DNA from: Haliotis cracherodii
Lineage: Eukaryota
Length of the DNA: 64,000 bases
Assembly (NCBI RefSeq): GCF_022045235.1
Contig: NW_027266341.1
Coordinates: forward strand, 56,234,001 to 56,298,000
Reading direction: 5' to 3'
This document shows positions 26,723 through 41,057 of the stretch, piece after piece (position 1 is the stretch's first letter; each line of letters opens with the position of its first letter). Under the pieces are notes generated by a model, which saw only the letters and a list, made by a program, of their open reading frames with translations, searched no databases and was not told the origin of the DNA. The position numbers were made by a program, and so were the translations under genes.

Positions 26723-27792
26723 TTAATAATGTCCAACGCCATGTCCAACGAAGAGGCCCTGTCCGCCGACAAGGCCATTACCACCATTAAGACCATGACC
26801 AGCGAAACCTTGTGCGCCACCAAGACCACGTCCTCCAAAACCTCCATATCCACTGAAAGCTCCATGTCCGCCTATTCCATGTCCGCCAACAAGACCACGT
26901 CCTCCAAAACCTCCAAATCCGCCTACTCCATGGCCACTGAAAGCCCCATGTCCGCCTACTCCATGTCCACCGACGAAGGGACCAGCAACTCCGACGCCAT
27001 GTCCGCCGACGAAGGGACCAGCAACTCCTAAGCCATGTCCGCCGACGAAGGAACCGATCCCCCCAAAGCTATGTCCGCCGAGAAAGGAACCAGCATGTCC
27101 AACGCCCTGCCCAAAACCATGTCCAGCGAAAGGTCCATGACCATTGCCGTAGCCGTAGTTGTTGTAGCCGTTGTAGCTGTAAGGGTAGTAGCCGTAACCA
27201 TTACCGCCGAGGCCTCCTAGGCCTCTGTTACCACGGAAACCAACCCCAAGGAGACCGTTTCCAGTCAGAGGAAATCCAGCATGTGCACATGCGCAAAATA
27301 CAGCGAGCAATGCTGCAATTGACTGCAAAAAAAAACAAAATAAGTGTCTCTTTTATCATATTATACACTTGTTATTTAAGAAAGTATTTAATGCCAAAGG
27401 GTGAAATAGTATTATTTCTTCATTCAAATGGAGATAATCAGTGAGTTGGGTTTAACGCCGTTCCTTTTGGCCCACATGATCTGTACAATTAAACTTTCAG
27501 AATTATCATGTTTTAGAAAAGTTATCAGATGTGTACATGTGAAGGAGAACTAAAATGTGTTCATTTAAACGATTGCATGTTTGGGACTTATAACAGCAAC
27601 AGTTAATGCATTGGTAAGGATAAAATGTGTCAATATGAAGAAGGATTGTGGAGGTTTTCATGAGGCGTTTTTCGGACATTTGAACATGAGTATATGGTCT
27701 AAGCAGAAAGTTCGGAGAGGTCCATTTCCACAATTGTGAAGCGCATTTATCTCGGACATTAGACTACCCAAATGCAAATACCGTACCTTCAT
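26723..27792 (-). CDS. Gene 4: secreted Gly/His/Phe-rich protein, ~201 aa; join(27792..27787,27322..26723)
   Basis: ctcaaccATGAAG|gtacgg. The polyT-gcag| acceptor is in frame and gives MKSIAALLAVFCACAHA-GFPL. GHGxGxAGPFVG repeats. TATATA at ~27869-27875. Confidence 0.88.
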
Positions 27793-30039
27793 GGTTGAGA
27801 TCAGAATCTGGCAATGTTCTTTGATGAGAAGCGAAGAAAGGTTTGAAGACTTGTTGAAACGAGCGCTCATATATAGACACAAATCACGAATAAATTATTG
27901 CTTTCCTTCAACCCTCTATTGTTATGTTAAATACAAAGTTACGGATAATAAATTTATTCATTTACGGTCAAACAGCAATAAACTATGATGAATATTCACA
28001 GCATTTCGCGAAGCTCAAAAGACTGTTCTTAATAGTTGACTTGATCTTGCATGAAACATGTATATGGAAGAAAAACTGATTAATATTAGAATTAATTTCC
28101 CTCACAGAGCTAGCTCTAGTTTCAAATCGCACATGTATATATGTATTAATGAGATTTGGAATTGAATGGATTTCTTTAGCTTCGAAATATTGTTAATACT
28201 AAATTTCATAAACGTTTGGTAATTTAAAACCAAATGACTTTAGAGCATGAATGCATGTTGTTTTTAATAACTATGTGCTCTTGGTGAATCAGGAAATCAA
28301 TGTGAGATACAACATGGCGTATAAGTTAAATGATGCAGTGGTTACAATATTATTTCTGTATATTGCAGTTATACATTTTCAATTGGTCATGAGATCATGC
28401 ATCAGACGCAGTAACATACTAAATCCATTTGAAAATAATGTGATTGTCATAGGAAAACGCAAGTAAGTGATTAAGTAGAGTTTTATGACGTCTCTGGTTA
28501 TAGCCCAGGAATTCCAGGACGTGACAGTAAAAAGTGTTCTCATATATTGTACCCACGTGGGTACCCGAGTCTTCTACACAGCGAGCGAATCTTAACATTA
28601 AATGTTACCTTAACGAGTTCATCAGTCAGCGGAATCGAATATTCAGTCTCTTGTATCTGACACAGTGTCGTTTTTATTTCCCCACAATATTAATGAATAA
28701 CCACATATATTCATCTAGTATCATTGTCATTGAATTTCTTGCTTTGATTGAATGGTATAGAGTGTTAAGCTGTGACAATGATGATTCGTGAGATTTTATA
28801 TTAAGAATTGATGGTGGTCAAGTTAAGAGACAGCTACAATATATATTATTAAGTAAAATACTCATTTAACCATATTCTAAATGAATATTCGTCCTCACCC
28901 CATCCCCGACACAACACACAAGCGCATACATGTACATATTAACGAGAATTTACTTTGGGTTTTGAAGTGAATATACGCTTTTATTCGCACAATATATCTG
29001 GTCCTTCATACTTGCTATGTACACAAAGGCAGATCGAAACTCAAAAGGTGAACTGTGTGTCCTTTTTTATATACATTGTACATGTGTGTATTTTAATCTA
29101 CGTATAAATGTGAGAGTACAGAGTACCAAAAAAACATGAATGCATTTTTGATAGATGTATACACCTAGTGAAGCAAATTAAAACTGGAAGAGGAAGCAAC
29201 CATTATTGACACTTTTATACAAAAAACCTGAATTTATTTTTACAAACAATATATAGAACCAATTGGAAAACAACTTATTTAACACATCCTTTATAACTAA
29301 CTCGTGTTCTCGGCGTACATATGTAATTACAACATTCAACGTGCAGACAAGACAGGGGGTTTGTAAGAGAATGATACAGTTCGACTTTCTATACCGGTTT
29401 TAGGATAATATTGTGATTTTATCTACATGGTTTTATACCAAACTTAAAGTACATGACTACCTACATGAGGTTTAGGGACGTTCCCTGTTTGTATCGGTGT
29501 TCGCGAACACCTGGTATCAGTTTCAGTGATCCATTCATATAACTTTCACGGCTATTTTGCCTTTCACGCTCATTGGAATCTGTTTCTGAAAATAATTGAG
29601 ACTGGTTGTTCTCTGGCGTTGTCATTGTAATTTACATCCTTTATCAACATCTGTGACCTATATGTAACAACATAAGATGGCTTCACCGGCTAAAGTGTGA
29701 GATTGAAAACAAATAAATAGCCGCATATCACCTCTGTCTGCCCAACAATGACGATACATTGTATCATGTCCTACTTGACAGTGACTGGCATTGTTGGTAA
29801 AGGAGATAGTATACAGTTGGAAAAGACGTCGACACAAGATGCTCAACCAAGTGAATAACATTGGTGTCACTACTTCAACACAATTTCTAACCTGATTATA
29901 ATCTGAAAATATATGAACAAAATCATGTTTTCTAGATGAAATATTTCCTTTTAAATACAGTTTATTTCATGACACAAAAACTACATTCACACACAGTTAC
30001 GATACAATGTATCTTGGTCCCAAGAGATGACCATATGAA

Positions 30040-30200
30040 TCGGACGGTAGGGATTCTTGACGTGGTTGATTGCGTGTCATCGTACCCCAAAGGCATAGAT
30101 CGTTGCTCACAATATCAGTCACTAGATTGTCAAATCCCGACTCGAATATTTTCAAGTCAATGTCATAATACGAGAATATTGCTATACAATAAACAACAAA
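30040..30200 (+). mobile_element. Repeat family D, decayed
   Basis: gtcatcgtacccca...atagatcgttgctca...tcactagattgtc...aatattgcta...aaacaacaaac. Confidence 0.55.
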
Positions 30201-30637
30201 CAACATTCTGTGTGTGAATAGACCTTTCAATGCTCTAAATTCAGTACATATGTTGTCCATGACATGGCTACAGAGTCATACCTTTCAATTATCAATATGA
30301 AAATTAAGGTGCTTCTTGAACCTATATATGAATAGTAACAATTGAGTATTCATCCCAGATACTGCTCTCTCTAAACTTTATTGCATTCCTGATCAAATAT
30401 TAATCAGACATTGCTTGTGATCATTACCTTTGGGTTCTAAAACCGCAGGGTGCTTTCATCTGTGAGAGGTCACAACCACCATCGCTGATTCATATTATCA
30501 TAACAAAAGGATACGGATGGCTGCTATTACTTTACTGTACAGGTGCTGTGTATATAAGAGTCATCGGGCTCAGCTGATCATCACACCATCTCGAGATTCG
30601 GGCTTCATAACAGCGAGCACCGTCCCAACACTCAACC

Positions 30638-31717
30638 ATGCAGGTAAGATATCTGATTTTGGCTGTCCATTGTTTCATGGGCCATTCTTCTAGGCTTGTA
30701 GGCGATGGTCTGCACAGTGTTCAGTGTTTTTTAGTCCCAGAAGTGGTATATTGTGTAAAACTCTTGGTGTTGGTATCAGTATTGCTGGAATATTTCTGAA
30801 CGCGGCCTAAACTTTCAATTTCGATGTCCTTATCCAAGTCAGTTCAATTCTGATAAATCCGTACACCTTTCATCACATATCTTATAACATCTTCAAAATA
30901 TGATTTTTTTTTACTTGTATGGGTTGATTTGATTGAAACAATACAATTTTTTCTTATTGAATTTATCTGCTATTAGAATCATCAATAGAATAAAACATTT
31001 ATTTTGATTCAGATCGTTGCCGTTTTGCTCGCCGCTCTTTGCGCATGTGCTCATGCTGGCTTTCCTCTGAATGGTCATGGTCTCCTTGGAGGCGGTTTCC
31101 AAGGTAACGGTTTCGGTTTCGGAAGAGGCCTCGGTTCTGGTCACGGACGCTATACCTACAGCTACAAAGGCTACAACAACTACGGCAACGGCAATGGCCA
31201 CGGGCCTTTCGCTGGCCATGGCTTCGGAAACGGTGTTGGCCATGCTGGTTCCTTCGTTGGTGGACATGGATTTGGAAATGCCGGTCCCTTTATCGGCGGA
31301 CGTGGTTTTGGACATGGAGTTGGTCATGCTGGTCCCTTCGTCGGCGGACATGGTTTCGGAGGAGCTGGCTCAATCTTCGGCAGACAGGGTTTCGGAGCGT
31401 CTGGTGCCTTCGTCGGTGGTCATGGCTTTGGTCACACTGGTCCCTTCGTCGGCGGACATGGATTCGGAGGGGCTGGCTCAATCTTCGGCAGACAGGGTTT
31501 CGGAGAGTTTGGTCCCTTCGTCGGTAGACATGGCTTAGGAGGGTCTGGGTCAATCCTTGGCGGACATGGGGTAGCTGGACACGGAGCTTTCGGGGGCCTG
31601 GGAGGACATAGTCTTTTTGGAGGTTTTGGAGGGCGTGGTCTTATTGGTGGTCATGGCTTTGCCGGTCTCTTTGGAGGACAGGGGTCCTCCTTTGGGCACG
31701 GCATTGGTCACGAATGA
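30638..31717 (+). CDS. Gene 5: paralogue of gene 4, ~236 aa; join(30638..30643,31013..31717)
   Basis: TATATAA at 30551; ctcaaccATGCAG|gtaaga. The attcag| acceptor at 31012 is in frame and gives MQIVAVLLAALCACAHA-GFPL. AATAAA at 31741. Head-to-head with gene 4. Confidence 0.92.
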
Positions 31718-31796
31718 AGTGTTATGGGTTGATCTTTGTAAATAAAAAAAAATATGATGTCATATATGAGCACTTTCTAGTTTTTCATCTTCCCGA

Positions 31797-31936
31797 AGGC
31801 GGTATGGTAGCTTAGTGTTGGCCAATAACGCCAGACGCCCGGGCTCGATTTCAAGCATGGAAACAATGTGTCTCCCCATGACATGGCTGGAACATGGCAA
31901 AACACTGCGTAAGACCCTTCTCACTTTCATCCACTC
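31797..31936 (+). mobile_element. SINE family A, decayed
   Basis: ggcggtatggtagcttagtg...ccgggctcgatt...aacaatgtgt...cactc. Confidence 0.6.
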
Positions 31937-33051
31937 ATTTTAGCCACATCAAATATCGATGCGCTTTTTGCACTGCTGCTGGAGTGACTGTATAGCTTTG
32001 TGTTGTAGTTTGGTGAAAAATAGTAACTGAATAACCACAATATACATAATATTTATAACCCATTCGAACCAGATATATGGTTTGATTAATGCTAAAGGAG
32101 ACGTAACACCCAACTCTTCCAGATTCATCTTGAGTGATGATAATATCTAACATTTAACAAACATTAGGGGACGTTGTTTTGCCCTAAACATCATAGATCG
32201 AACACATGTACAGGAAAGGGTTTCGTTATTATATCACAGTTCCACAGTTGAAACATAAAAGCTGATGAAAACGTAATAATGACTTTAAGGAAACCAAAAA
32301 ACAGAAAGATAGGCATATTTTCAATTAAATTCATGGTGTCTCTTAGGCCTCAGCGGCCGTGCTTAGTAGTGTATACCTGTCCGTAATCCCGATTTGTATG
32401 ACGAGCCACTAACATTCTTTCGTTCGATCTTTCACCCCTTTAAAGGCTCAAAACCTCACCCAGTAATAAAATCCCGAAAGAAATAGGCACTCTATATTTC
32501 ACTACACCACAATGCTAATGTAACGGTTTTCAATGGGTTTGGGACTACGGAGTGTCTATTTTATTTCAAAACTTATCAGAGGTATTGAAGTATTTATATT
32601 ATTGGCGACCATTATCCCTACATTAATCGTAATGTATTTTGAACCATAACTGTCCCTTCTATCCCTTCTATGCATCTAGCTGAGTCGTCTGGATTGGTTT
32701 CTGTTCCATGGAAAACAGAACTAACTTAAACTACCTTCATGAATGTTGTTTCATCAATAATCTCACAAAAAATATGAACCAACTTTAATTATGTCAAAAC
32801 AGCTGTACACGACTTGGCCACACGACAAACGTCATTCCTTAATATATGAAGCATTTGTCCTAAACATGGTTACCATATATATAGCTACATCTCTATTTTC
32901 AAGGAATCAGGACAGTTTGGGAAATCATTAAATCGGTCATCTGTCATCTATCAACGTTTTTCCATCCAAACCTGCAGTGTGCAAATATACACAACAGAGA
33001 CAAAACTATACTTATTTATTATGGCAAAATATTAATTTATGACAAAATACA

Positions 33052-35500
33052 AAAAGGGGAAATTTAAGATATTATCACTCAATTGTAGAGGCTTAAATAA
33101 TACTTTTAAAAGGAAACAAGTATTTAGATATTTGTAAAAATAAAAACAAAACAGATTTACTGTCTACAAGATGTACATTTCACAGTTGATCAAGTACAAA
33201 TAATTAGGCAGCAATGAGGTTATAAAGAATGTTATATTTGTCCTTTTAAAAGCAATGCAATCATGGTAACTGCTATTTTATTCAATAACAATTTTGAATT
33301 CAAGGTTATGCATTCAATTATAGATACAGATGAAGGTAACTTTGTGGCATTAGGTGTTATCATTGATGATAAAATATATACCATAATTAACTTATATGGA
33401 ACAAATTCGGACAAACTAGAATTTTTTTTTTTAAAGGATCTAGCAGTAGAATTAACAGGAGAAAGAATCATTACATGTGGTGATTGGAATTAAATAATCG
33501 ATCACGATAAAGACATTTATAAAACTATTAACCAAAAACTTTGGAGACAATTGATAATTTAGATCCTGAAGACCCATGGCAAGAATTATATCCATCTGCA
33601 AGAAGATACACCTGGCTACAACCCACACCAATAAAGCAAGCTCATTTGGATTATTTATTAGGCCCATACAATGTGCTACTGTAAGTTGAAGGCAGTGATA
33701 TGATACCCAGTATAAATTCTGACCATTCTATTATATCTGCTACTGTTTAACTTTCAGATATACAAAGGGGAAAAGGCTTTTGGAAATGTATTAACTCACT
33801 TTTGAAAGATAAACACTTTGTTACAATGGTTTAAAAAAGCAATTAATGATACTCCAGATCAATATGAAGACAATACGGCTAAAAGTGAGAGAGTATTTAC
33901 AATTGATGACCAACTACTTTGGGAAATGATACTTTTAAATATTAGGGGAAGCTCAATATTATTCTCATCAACATGTAAAAAAGAAAACTTAGCTTTGGAA
34001 TCAAGATTAGAACAAGATTTAAATCGGCTTGAAAATAAGTTAGGAGAACAAAATACAGACAGGAGAGATGGGAGAATTAATGGAACAATTAAATGCAGCT
34101 AAACTAGAATTGGAAAATGTGCATAGAAAAAGAACTGAAGGCTCGTTTATAAGATCAAAGGCCAAATGGATAGAACAAGGTGAAAAACCCTCAAAATATT
34201 TTCTGCAACTAAAATATAGAAACTGTTTAAACAAATCCATAGCATTACTTGAAAATTGAGATGGGACACAAATATACAAACAAGATGAACTAATTCAAGA
34301 AGTCAGAGACTATTATCAGAAATTGTATAAAACTGAAGATTGCACACAGATTGATTTAGAAAACCTATTTTCTGATACCCGTGTGCCAAGACTCGATGAT
34401 GATATAGCATTTTCTCTTGAGGGAGAATTGACTTACGATGAGGTACTTAAAGCATTGAAAAAAAATGAAAAATAATAAAAGCCCTGGCCAAGTATGGTTT
34501 TCAGCAGAATTTAAAAAATTCTTTTGGGTGGATCTTCATAGATATTTAATAAATGCTCTAAAATATTCTTATAGAAATGGATCTCTATCAATATACCCCA
34601 AAAGAAGGATTGATAACATGTATTCCAAAAGAAAATAAACCAAAATCATTTTTAAAGAATTGGCGCCCCATCTCCCCTCTTAACACATCTTATAAGTTAG
34701 CTGCAGCGTCAGTTGCAAACAGAATATAACATGTTTATCCTGGGCCTTTAATAGTTCAATAGGATCAAAAAGGTTTTGTTGCTGGTAGATATATAGGAGA
34801 GGTTACAAGAATTATTTATGACGTGATGGAATATACTGAATTTTACCAAATACCAGGTTTATTGTTATTAATTGATTTTGGAAAAAAACCATTTGATTCT
34901 GTGGAAAGAAATTTATGCATAATGTACTAACTTTTAAAAAAATTGGACCAAGTATTCAACGTTCGGTTGTCGCCAGGGGGGATCCGATATCACCATATAT
35001 CTCTATTCTTTGTGCCGAAATCTTAGCAATAATGATAAGAAATAATAACAAAATAAAAGGTATACAGATGGATAATATCAAAACTCTAATTGCATAATTT
35101 GCAGATGATACTACATGAAGTTTAAGTTGAATTGAAGAAAGCCTCGATACCTCAATGAGTACGTTAAATTTATTTGCCCGGTTTTGTTGATTGAAAGTAA
35201 ATGCTCAAAAAACAAGTTGATATAGATAGGTAAAAAATAACGATGAAGATATAAATTGTATGAGGACTGGAATTGTAACTGGTCACAAACTCAGTTTAAG
35301 TTATTGGGCATAGATTTTGATGTTGATTTGGAAAATGTGGTTAATTTAAACAAAACAAACAACTTTGATAAGATAGAAAAGGAAATGAAAATGTGGGAAA
35401 AGAGAGCCTTGACACCTATGGGTAGAAATGTTGTACTTAAATCCCAGTTGTTACCCAAACATAATCATCTTTTTTGCAGTTTTATATGATACTGAATTCT
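33052..35500 (+). mobile_element. Decayed LINE ORF2 (APE endonuclease + RT), L1/Tx1-like clade
   Basis: Motifs in order across frames, with many stops and frameshifts: KILSLNCRGLN, YCLQD, IINLYG, ITCGDWN, SDHS, KGFWK, RSKAKWIEQGEKPSKYF, KSPG, KNWRPISPLN, QKGFVAGRYIGE, LIDF..FDSV, GDPISPY, FADDT, FKLLGI. Confidence 0.9.
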
Positions 35501-36304
35501 AATAGATGATGGAAAATAAAACAAAAAAAATCTAAAATCTAAAAACACTCTGAAGTGAAAGTGAAACAATATATGAAGTGCTGAATTTTGTCATAGTAAC
35601 ATCTTCGTGAAATTATGCATACGAGTTAGAATTTCTCTGCGGATTGGCAAAATCAAAACAAAGGAATTTGGCCAAGAAGTTTGACTAAAGCTTCGTGTAT
35701 TGCGATGATCTGATATCTTTCAATAATGGACATAGCCAATTCCACCCTGAACTAGAAAAGAGATCATTAAAACTGACCTATCTGTTTCATATTATGTCTA
35801 TGCATAACGATTTCAGAATAACAAAAAGTAACTATCCCCAAGACTGTATGACAATAGGGATCACTTTAACTTTCCCTTTAGGCCGAGCTACAGCCCCGCA
35901 GCCCCAGCCTAAATTGGTGTTTATATTTTACAACTTTTGACGTACAATCAAACCTACTCTGTCTACAAAGTTTTCACAGAAAGTCATACAACTCTTGCTC
36001 AAACGTTGTCACACCATTCAATGCCTTACTTAACCTTTCAGAAAGTTTGATGGTAGACATGTGAAGGACATGTCCAAATTTGACGTATCAGGAACAAAAA
36101 TGATATCTGAATAATGATGCAATTGCCTATTCTGACTTTTTTGCCTGTCGTGTTTTTTTCCTATCTTTGCATGTGTTTGTGACGGGGTGCCACCGGTGGG
36201 GCAGGATGTGCTCACCTCTTCGCGAACACTTGGTATCGTCTCTATATTGCGATTCATAAACGCAATTATCCTCATGATGTAGTCAGAATCGTACGATCGA
36301 CTTT

Positions 36305-36836
36305 GCTTTTGACAGGGATTTCCCATGCTTATGGACAGGGATTCCTCATGCTTATGGGCAGGGTTTTCTCATGCTTATGGACAGGGATTCCTCATGCTAA
36401 TGGACAGGGATTTCTAATGCTTATGGACAGGAATTCCTCATGCTTATGGACAGGAATTCCTCATGCTTATGGACAGGGTTTTCTCATGCATGCTTATGGA
36501 CAGGGTTTTCTCATGCTAATGGGCAGGGTTTTCTCATGCTAATGGGCAGGGTTTTCTCATGCATGCTTATGGACAGGGTTTTCTCATGCATGCTTATGGA
36601 CAGGGTTTTCTCATGCTAATGGGCAGGGTTTTCTCATGCATGCTTATGGACAGGGTTTTCTCATGCATGCTTATGGACAGGGTTTTCTCATGCATGCTTA
36701 CGGACAGGGTTTTCTCATGCATGCTAATGGGCAGGGTTTTCTCATGCATGCTAATGGACAGGGATTTCTAATGCTAATGGACAGGGTTTTCTCATGCTTA
36801 TGGACAGGGATTTATCATGCTTATGGACAGGGTTTT
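36305..36836. repeat. Minisatellite, 23-bp unit atgcttatggacagggttttctc with a 27-bp (+atgc) variant
   Basis: About 20 tandem copies directly visible. Confidence 0.95.
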
Positions 36837-37416
36837 GTCCCTGTTATTTACCCTATCGTGATATTTCTAGCGTCACTGGGTTTATCTGCAAAGATGTAGT
36901 TATTAAACTGGTGGCTTGTTCAGAAAAGTAATTCCACTGTAGTCCACAAGTTCGCATGTTCCTTCGGATAAACAAGAACAAACAACCTCACTAAATAAGA
37001 CTACCAGCATTTCGACATTTCATCGTATCGTTATTCCAATTGTGTTTGCTAAAACGGTAACAGGATGCAGTCGAAAAGATTTGACGAATAAGAACGTACA
37101 TTTTGTGTTATTGTTTTAAGTGTGTTATTAGACAAGCCACGGATATCGCCGCAAAACATATTTGTGTTTTGTGGCAACATGTTAGGCTTCCTCGATATTT
37201 GACATGTGACGTGGTCAGTGGTCATGTATCATGTATCGCTATAGCTACCTTTGACAGATAAATAGTACTACATCATATATCATAAGGTGTTTATTGTCTC
37301 ATAAACAGATGAACAAATACAATGTAGTATAAACACATTCATACATCAGGCATCACAAACGACTTTGGTTACGGTGATTAAGACGAAGGGACTACACCTT
37401 ATGCAATAAAGGCATG

Positions 37417-39309
37417 TTAATAAACGCCGTGGCCAGCAACTCCATGTCTGACGAAAGGTCCATGTCCAGCAATGAAACCACGATTTCCGTTAATTCCATT
37501 CCCCACGAAAGGACCATGTCCAGCAACACCATGTCCACCAAAGGAACCAACATGGCCGACGAAAGGTCCATGTCCTACAAGACCAATTCCATGCCCGCTG
37601 ACGAAGCTGCCAGGTGCACCCAATACCTTGCCGTAACCGTAGTTGTTGTAGGGGTTGTAGCCGTAACCGTGTCCCTTACCAGCAACGCCGTGTCCAGCAA
37701 CAAAAGGACCATTTCCTACAAAGGAACCAACCCCTGAGAAGGTTCCGTGTCCTACAAGGCCAGCTCCATGTCCGGCAACATTGGCAACGCCTTTCCCGTA
37801 TCCATAGTTGTTGTAAGGGTTGTAACCGTAGCCGTAGCCATGTCCTGTACCAGCAATACCGTGTCCTGCAACACCGTGACCAGCAATAGAAGGACCATGT
37901 CCTGCGAAGGAGCCAACGTGGCCGACAAAAGGTCCGTGTCCGACAAGACCAGCTCCGTGCCCATAACCATAGTTACTGTTGTATGGGTTGTAGCCATAGC
38001 CTTTACCAGCAATGCCTCCATTGTTGAAGCCAACACCGAAAGATCCAACTCCAAGGAGTCCTTTCCCACGGAGGGGCACCTGGGCCAGGCCAGAGCATAC
38101 CAGCACGGACAACACAGCTACGACACACTAAAATTATAAAAAAAATAAAGAATAAGAATAATTATGTTAACACTATGTGTGTCGCACTCTTAAAACTTCA
38201 AGAATTACTTTCATCTTAATCAGCGTTCTTTTTCAGTGTGAGCTGATATTAATCATAAAAAGTTGATGCTCTAACATATTTTTCCAAATAGTTCCTAATA
38301 CAATATGTTTAACATGCATGTAAAATTAAGAAAAGACGGTTAATCCTATCCGGCATTTTTGTCTTTATTGGATGTTTACACTATAATTTCAAAAATAAAT
38401 ATTTTCATCATATCGGGATTTCTTTCGTTATTGTGAGTATATATGAAAAAGATGATGTTCAAACTGTTCAAATTGTCCCAGCTAGATGTCTAACATACGT
38501 TAAGTCAAAAGTATATTTCGTCATGATCGGCATTTCTTTCTCTATTGTGCGTACATATTATAACGTTATAATATTTAAATAATATTCATAATATTTATAT
38601 ATAATATTTAAATGGTTAAAGCGTTCGCTCGTCACGCCGAAGACCCGGGTTCGATTCCTGACATGGGTACAATGTGTGAAGTCGATTTCTGGTGTCCCCT
38701 GTCGTGATATTGCTGGAATATTGCTAAAACCATACTCTCACCCACTCTTCCAAATAATATCCAATATAACCAATACTATTTGAATAAACTTATAAACACC
38801 ATATTTCAGAACATTTAAACGGGTTTTCAAGGGAGCAAGATCTCCAAAACCGTTGTAAGAGAATACTCGTACCGTATATTGTAAATATAAACGTCATACA
38901 CCACAAGTATCTACACTTATCAACATAATAAAATCATGAATCGAGACGTAATTTTTTTAAATAGGTCAAACATAAAAACTAGGGCATCTACAATGGTGCA
39001 CCTACAATAATCGAAATAATAACAAACACGAAAGACAACAAAAGAAGACAACGGATAGGAGTAAGTGAGTGAGTGAGTAAGTATGGTTTTAAGCGGCTTT
39101 TAGCAATATTCCAGCAATATCACGGCGGGGGACACCATAAATGGGCTTCACACATTGTACCCATGTCGGAAATCGAACCCGGGTCTTCGGCGCGAAGAGC
39201 AAACGCTTTAACCACTTGGCTACCCAACCGCCCACCAATGGATAGGAAGGAGTGAACTTCGGATATTACAAAATTGGGTAATATACACTTTGTACGCCCT
39301 TACCTTCAT
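37417..39309 (-). CDS. Gene 6: secreted Gly/His/Tyr/Val-rich modular protein, ~238 aa; join(39309..39304,38127..37417)
   Basis: ATGAAG|gtaaag. The ttttag| acceptor is in frame and gives MKCVVAVLSVLVCSGLA-QVPL. GYGYNPYNNYG and GHGPFV modules. TATATAA at 39393-39387; AATAAA at 37295-37290. Confidence 0.9.
38610..38748 (+). mobile_element. SINE family A (5' truncated) in gene 6 intron
   Basis: tggttaaagcgttcgctcgtcacgccgaagacccgggttcgattc...gatattgctggaatattgctaaaaccatactc. Confidence 0.88.
39058..39235 (-). mobile_element. SINE family A in gene 6 intron
   Basis: Reverse match to the family consensus, flanked by ggatagga direct repeats. Confidence 0.88.
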
Positions 39310-39386
39310 GATCATGTCTGATGAACAAAAGCTGACTGGAGAGGTGACGTCAAGGCGACTGACGTTTCCATCTGAGATATGCCTAC

Positions 39387-39424
39387 TTATATACATGTAC
39401 AGGTTACATATATGGTCACGTGAC
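39387..39424 (-). promoter_or_regulatory. Gene 6 promoter: palindromic GTCACGTGAC E-box plus TATA
   Basis: GTCACGTGAC at 39415-39424, about 20 nt upstream of TATATAAG. Confidence 0.7.
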
Positions 39425-40519
39425 TACATACGTATGAGACTGCGTAGCTGACAATAACCCCAAATGGTTTTCTTGGATATCAACTGCATTATAATGAAAA
39501 CGTAAGAACGTATATATGTTAATTTATTTAGAAATTCAGAAAGGATTGTGCTTTTGATTCTATAGATAATTCCATCGCTACGCCTCGTTAGCCTCTTGTG
39601 AGGACATAAACACATATTAATGTTCGTCGGTGTCTTAGATCGCTGCAGTGATAGCCTCTCCGTCTTTCAATTGATCATGATGCCCACCTCTTCAATTTGA
39701 TTAAAGATTGTAAGTTCTTTAATGGGATGGAGGGGGGGGGGGGGGGAGGTATATCGTCCTCTGCCCACATGAATGACAAAGGTCTGCAACAGTTGCAATC
39801 TAAATTGAAATTCAATAGTGAACTACACAATATTGTTTCAATAAAATCCTTTTTCACAAGGTAAATCGGGCATTTAAACCGTTAGACGGAGAATGTAGAG
39901 AAACATATTGCTATACACAGATATGTACATGTACCACTTCAAACAAAATAGAAGGGGCAAGTGTTTAAGCGAAAATTAGATAGATGGCAAAATATCCACC
40001 ATCAAATCAAACAACCGGCCACAGTAACAACAAAAATGCAATACTTCGGATTGGTGTCTTTTTAAAGCAAAACCTTCATGTAATACTATATATCAGTGTG
40101 ATAAAAGGGAAATTATTTGGAAAAACAAATCGGAATCTGCATCTTTAATTACAATTCATGTGTCAAGTTATTTTTCAGTCGCCCTTCCGAGCTGCACGAG
40201 AAATGTGTTAATGATCACAATGGAAAATAAATAAAATTGTTCTCTCAATTTCATGTGTACGTAATTGACAACCAGCTCCCTATTCCTGTAAAATAATGGA
40301 CGTTTGAACAAACGAGTGACATCACATATTTGTTTTAAAAGTAGCAAAGGTACTTCCGAATAGTATTTTATTTTAAAGAACCTTAAAGCCTACAATCTAA
40401 TATCTGACAAGTTGCATGGAATTAAAAAAATAAGATCGATCCTCGTCTGGTGAATGCAACACTTTCCCTCTTTTTGTGCTGATGTGTGACCTTACACCTG
40501 CCAGAAATCTAACACCATT

Positions 40520-40680
40520 GGTTCCGGTCCCAGGTTCGCCTGATTTTGTTGATAGGTTCATCAGCAATATGCGCTTGTTCATGTGTTTCCCCAAAGTGGT
40601 AAACGTCTAAGATCTGCATCACTTCGGGCTTTCCTCCCACGTAAAACTGACACTGAAATACTGTTCAAAGCGGCGTTAGC
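40520..40680 (+). mobile_element. SINE family B, partial
   Basis: aagtggtaaacgtctaagatctgcatcacttcgggctttcctcccac...tgttcaaagcggcgtta. Confidence 0.75.
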
Positions 40681-40747
40681 ACAGATTACTTCGCTCTGGT
40701 GTAATGTAACACCTTCATTATATTTTACTTTCCCTTCGACATAAGGC

Positions 40748-40906
40748 TGGGGGATGGCCTCGCGGTGAAAGCGTCGGCTCGTCACGCTGAAGACCCGGGT
40801 TCGATTCTTCACATGGTTACAATATGTGACCCCCATTTCTGGTGTCCTTCGCCTTGATATTGCTGGAATATTGCTAAGAGCGGCGTAAAACCATACTCAT
40901 TCACTC
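40748..40906 (+). mobile_element. SINE family A
   Basis: ctcgtcacgctgaagacccgggttcgattc...gatattgctggaatattgctaagagcggcgtaaaaccatactc. Confidence 0.88.
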
Positions 40907-41057
40907 TAAATTATGGGGTATACCGGATCTTTATACTTTAATTTGTATCAAAGTTTAGAGTTCATCTCCCAAACATTGATTATTTTTTTTCATTTATGAG
41001 AAATACTTTATATTGACTATTTGTCACATCAACGAAACTCCATTGACACGGTAAGAT

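Noticed and set aside
29004-29075. Minus-strand TATATAAAAA followed by ATGAAG as an alternative first exon for gene 4
   Set aside because: Followed by GA rather than GT. The 27792 exon has a valid donor and shares ctcaaccATG with gene 5.
32729-32745. Minus-strand ATGAAG|gtagtt resembling a first exon
   Set aside because: No matching second exon or clear promoter; an 8-mer match can occur by chance in 64 kb.
33263-35489. Short ORFs as host genes
   Set aside because: They are consecutive fragments of one decayed LINE ORF2.
36303-36899. HAYGQGFLM-repeat ORFs, or a CRISPR-like array
   Set aside because: Tandem minisatellite without unique spacers; mixed 23/27-bp units disrupt frame; eukaryotic context with no cas genes.
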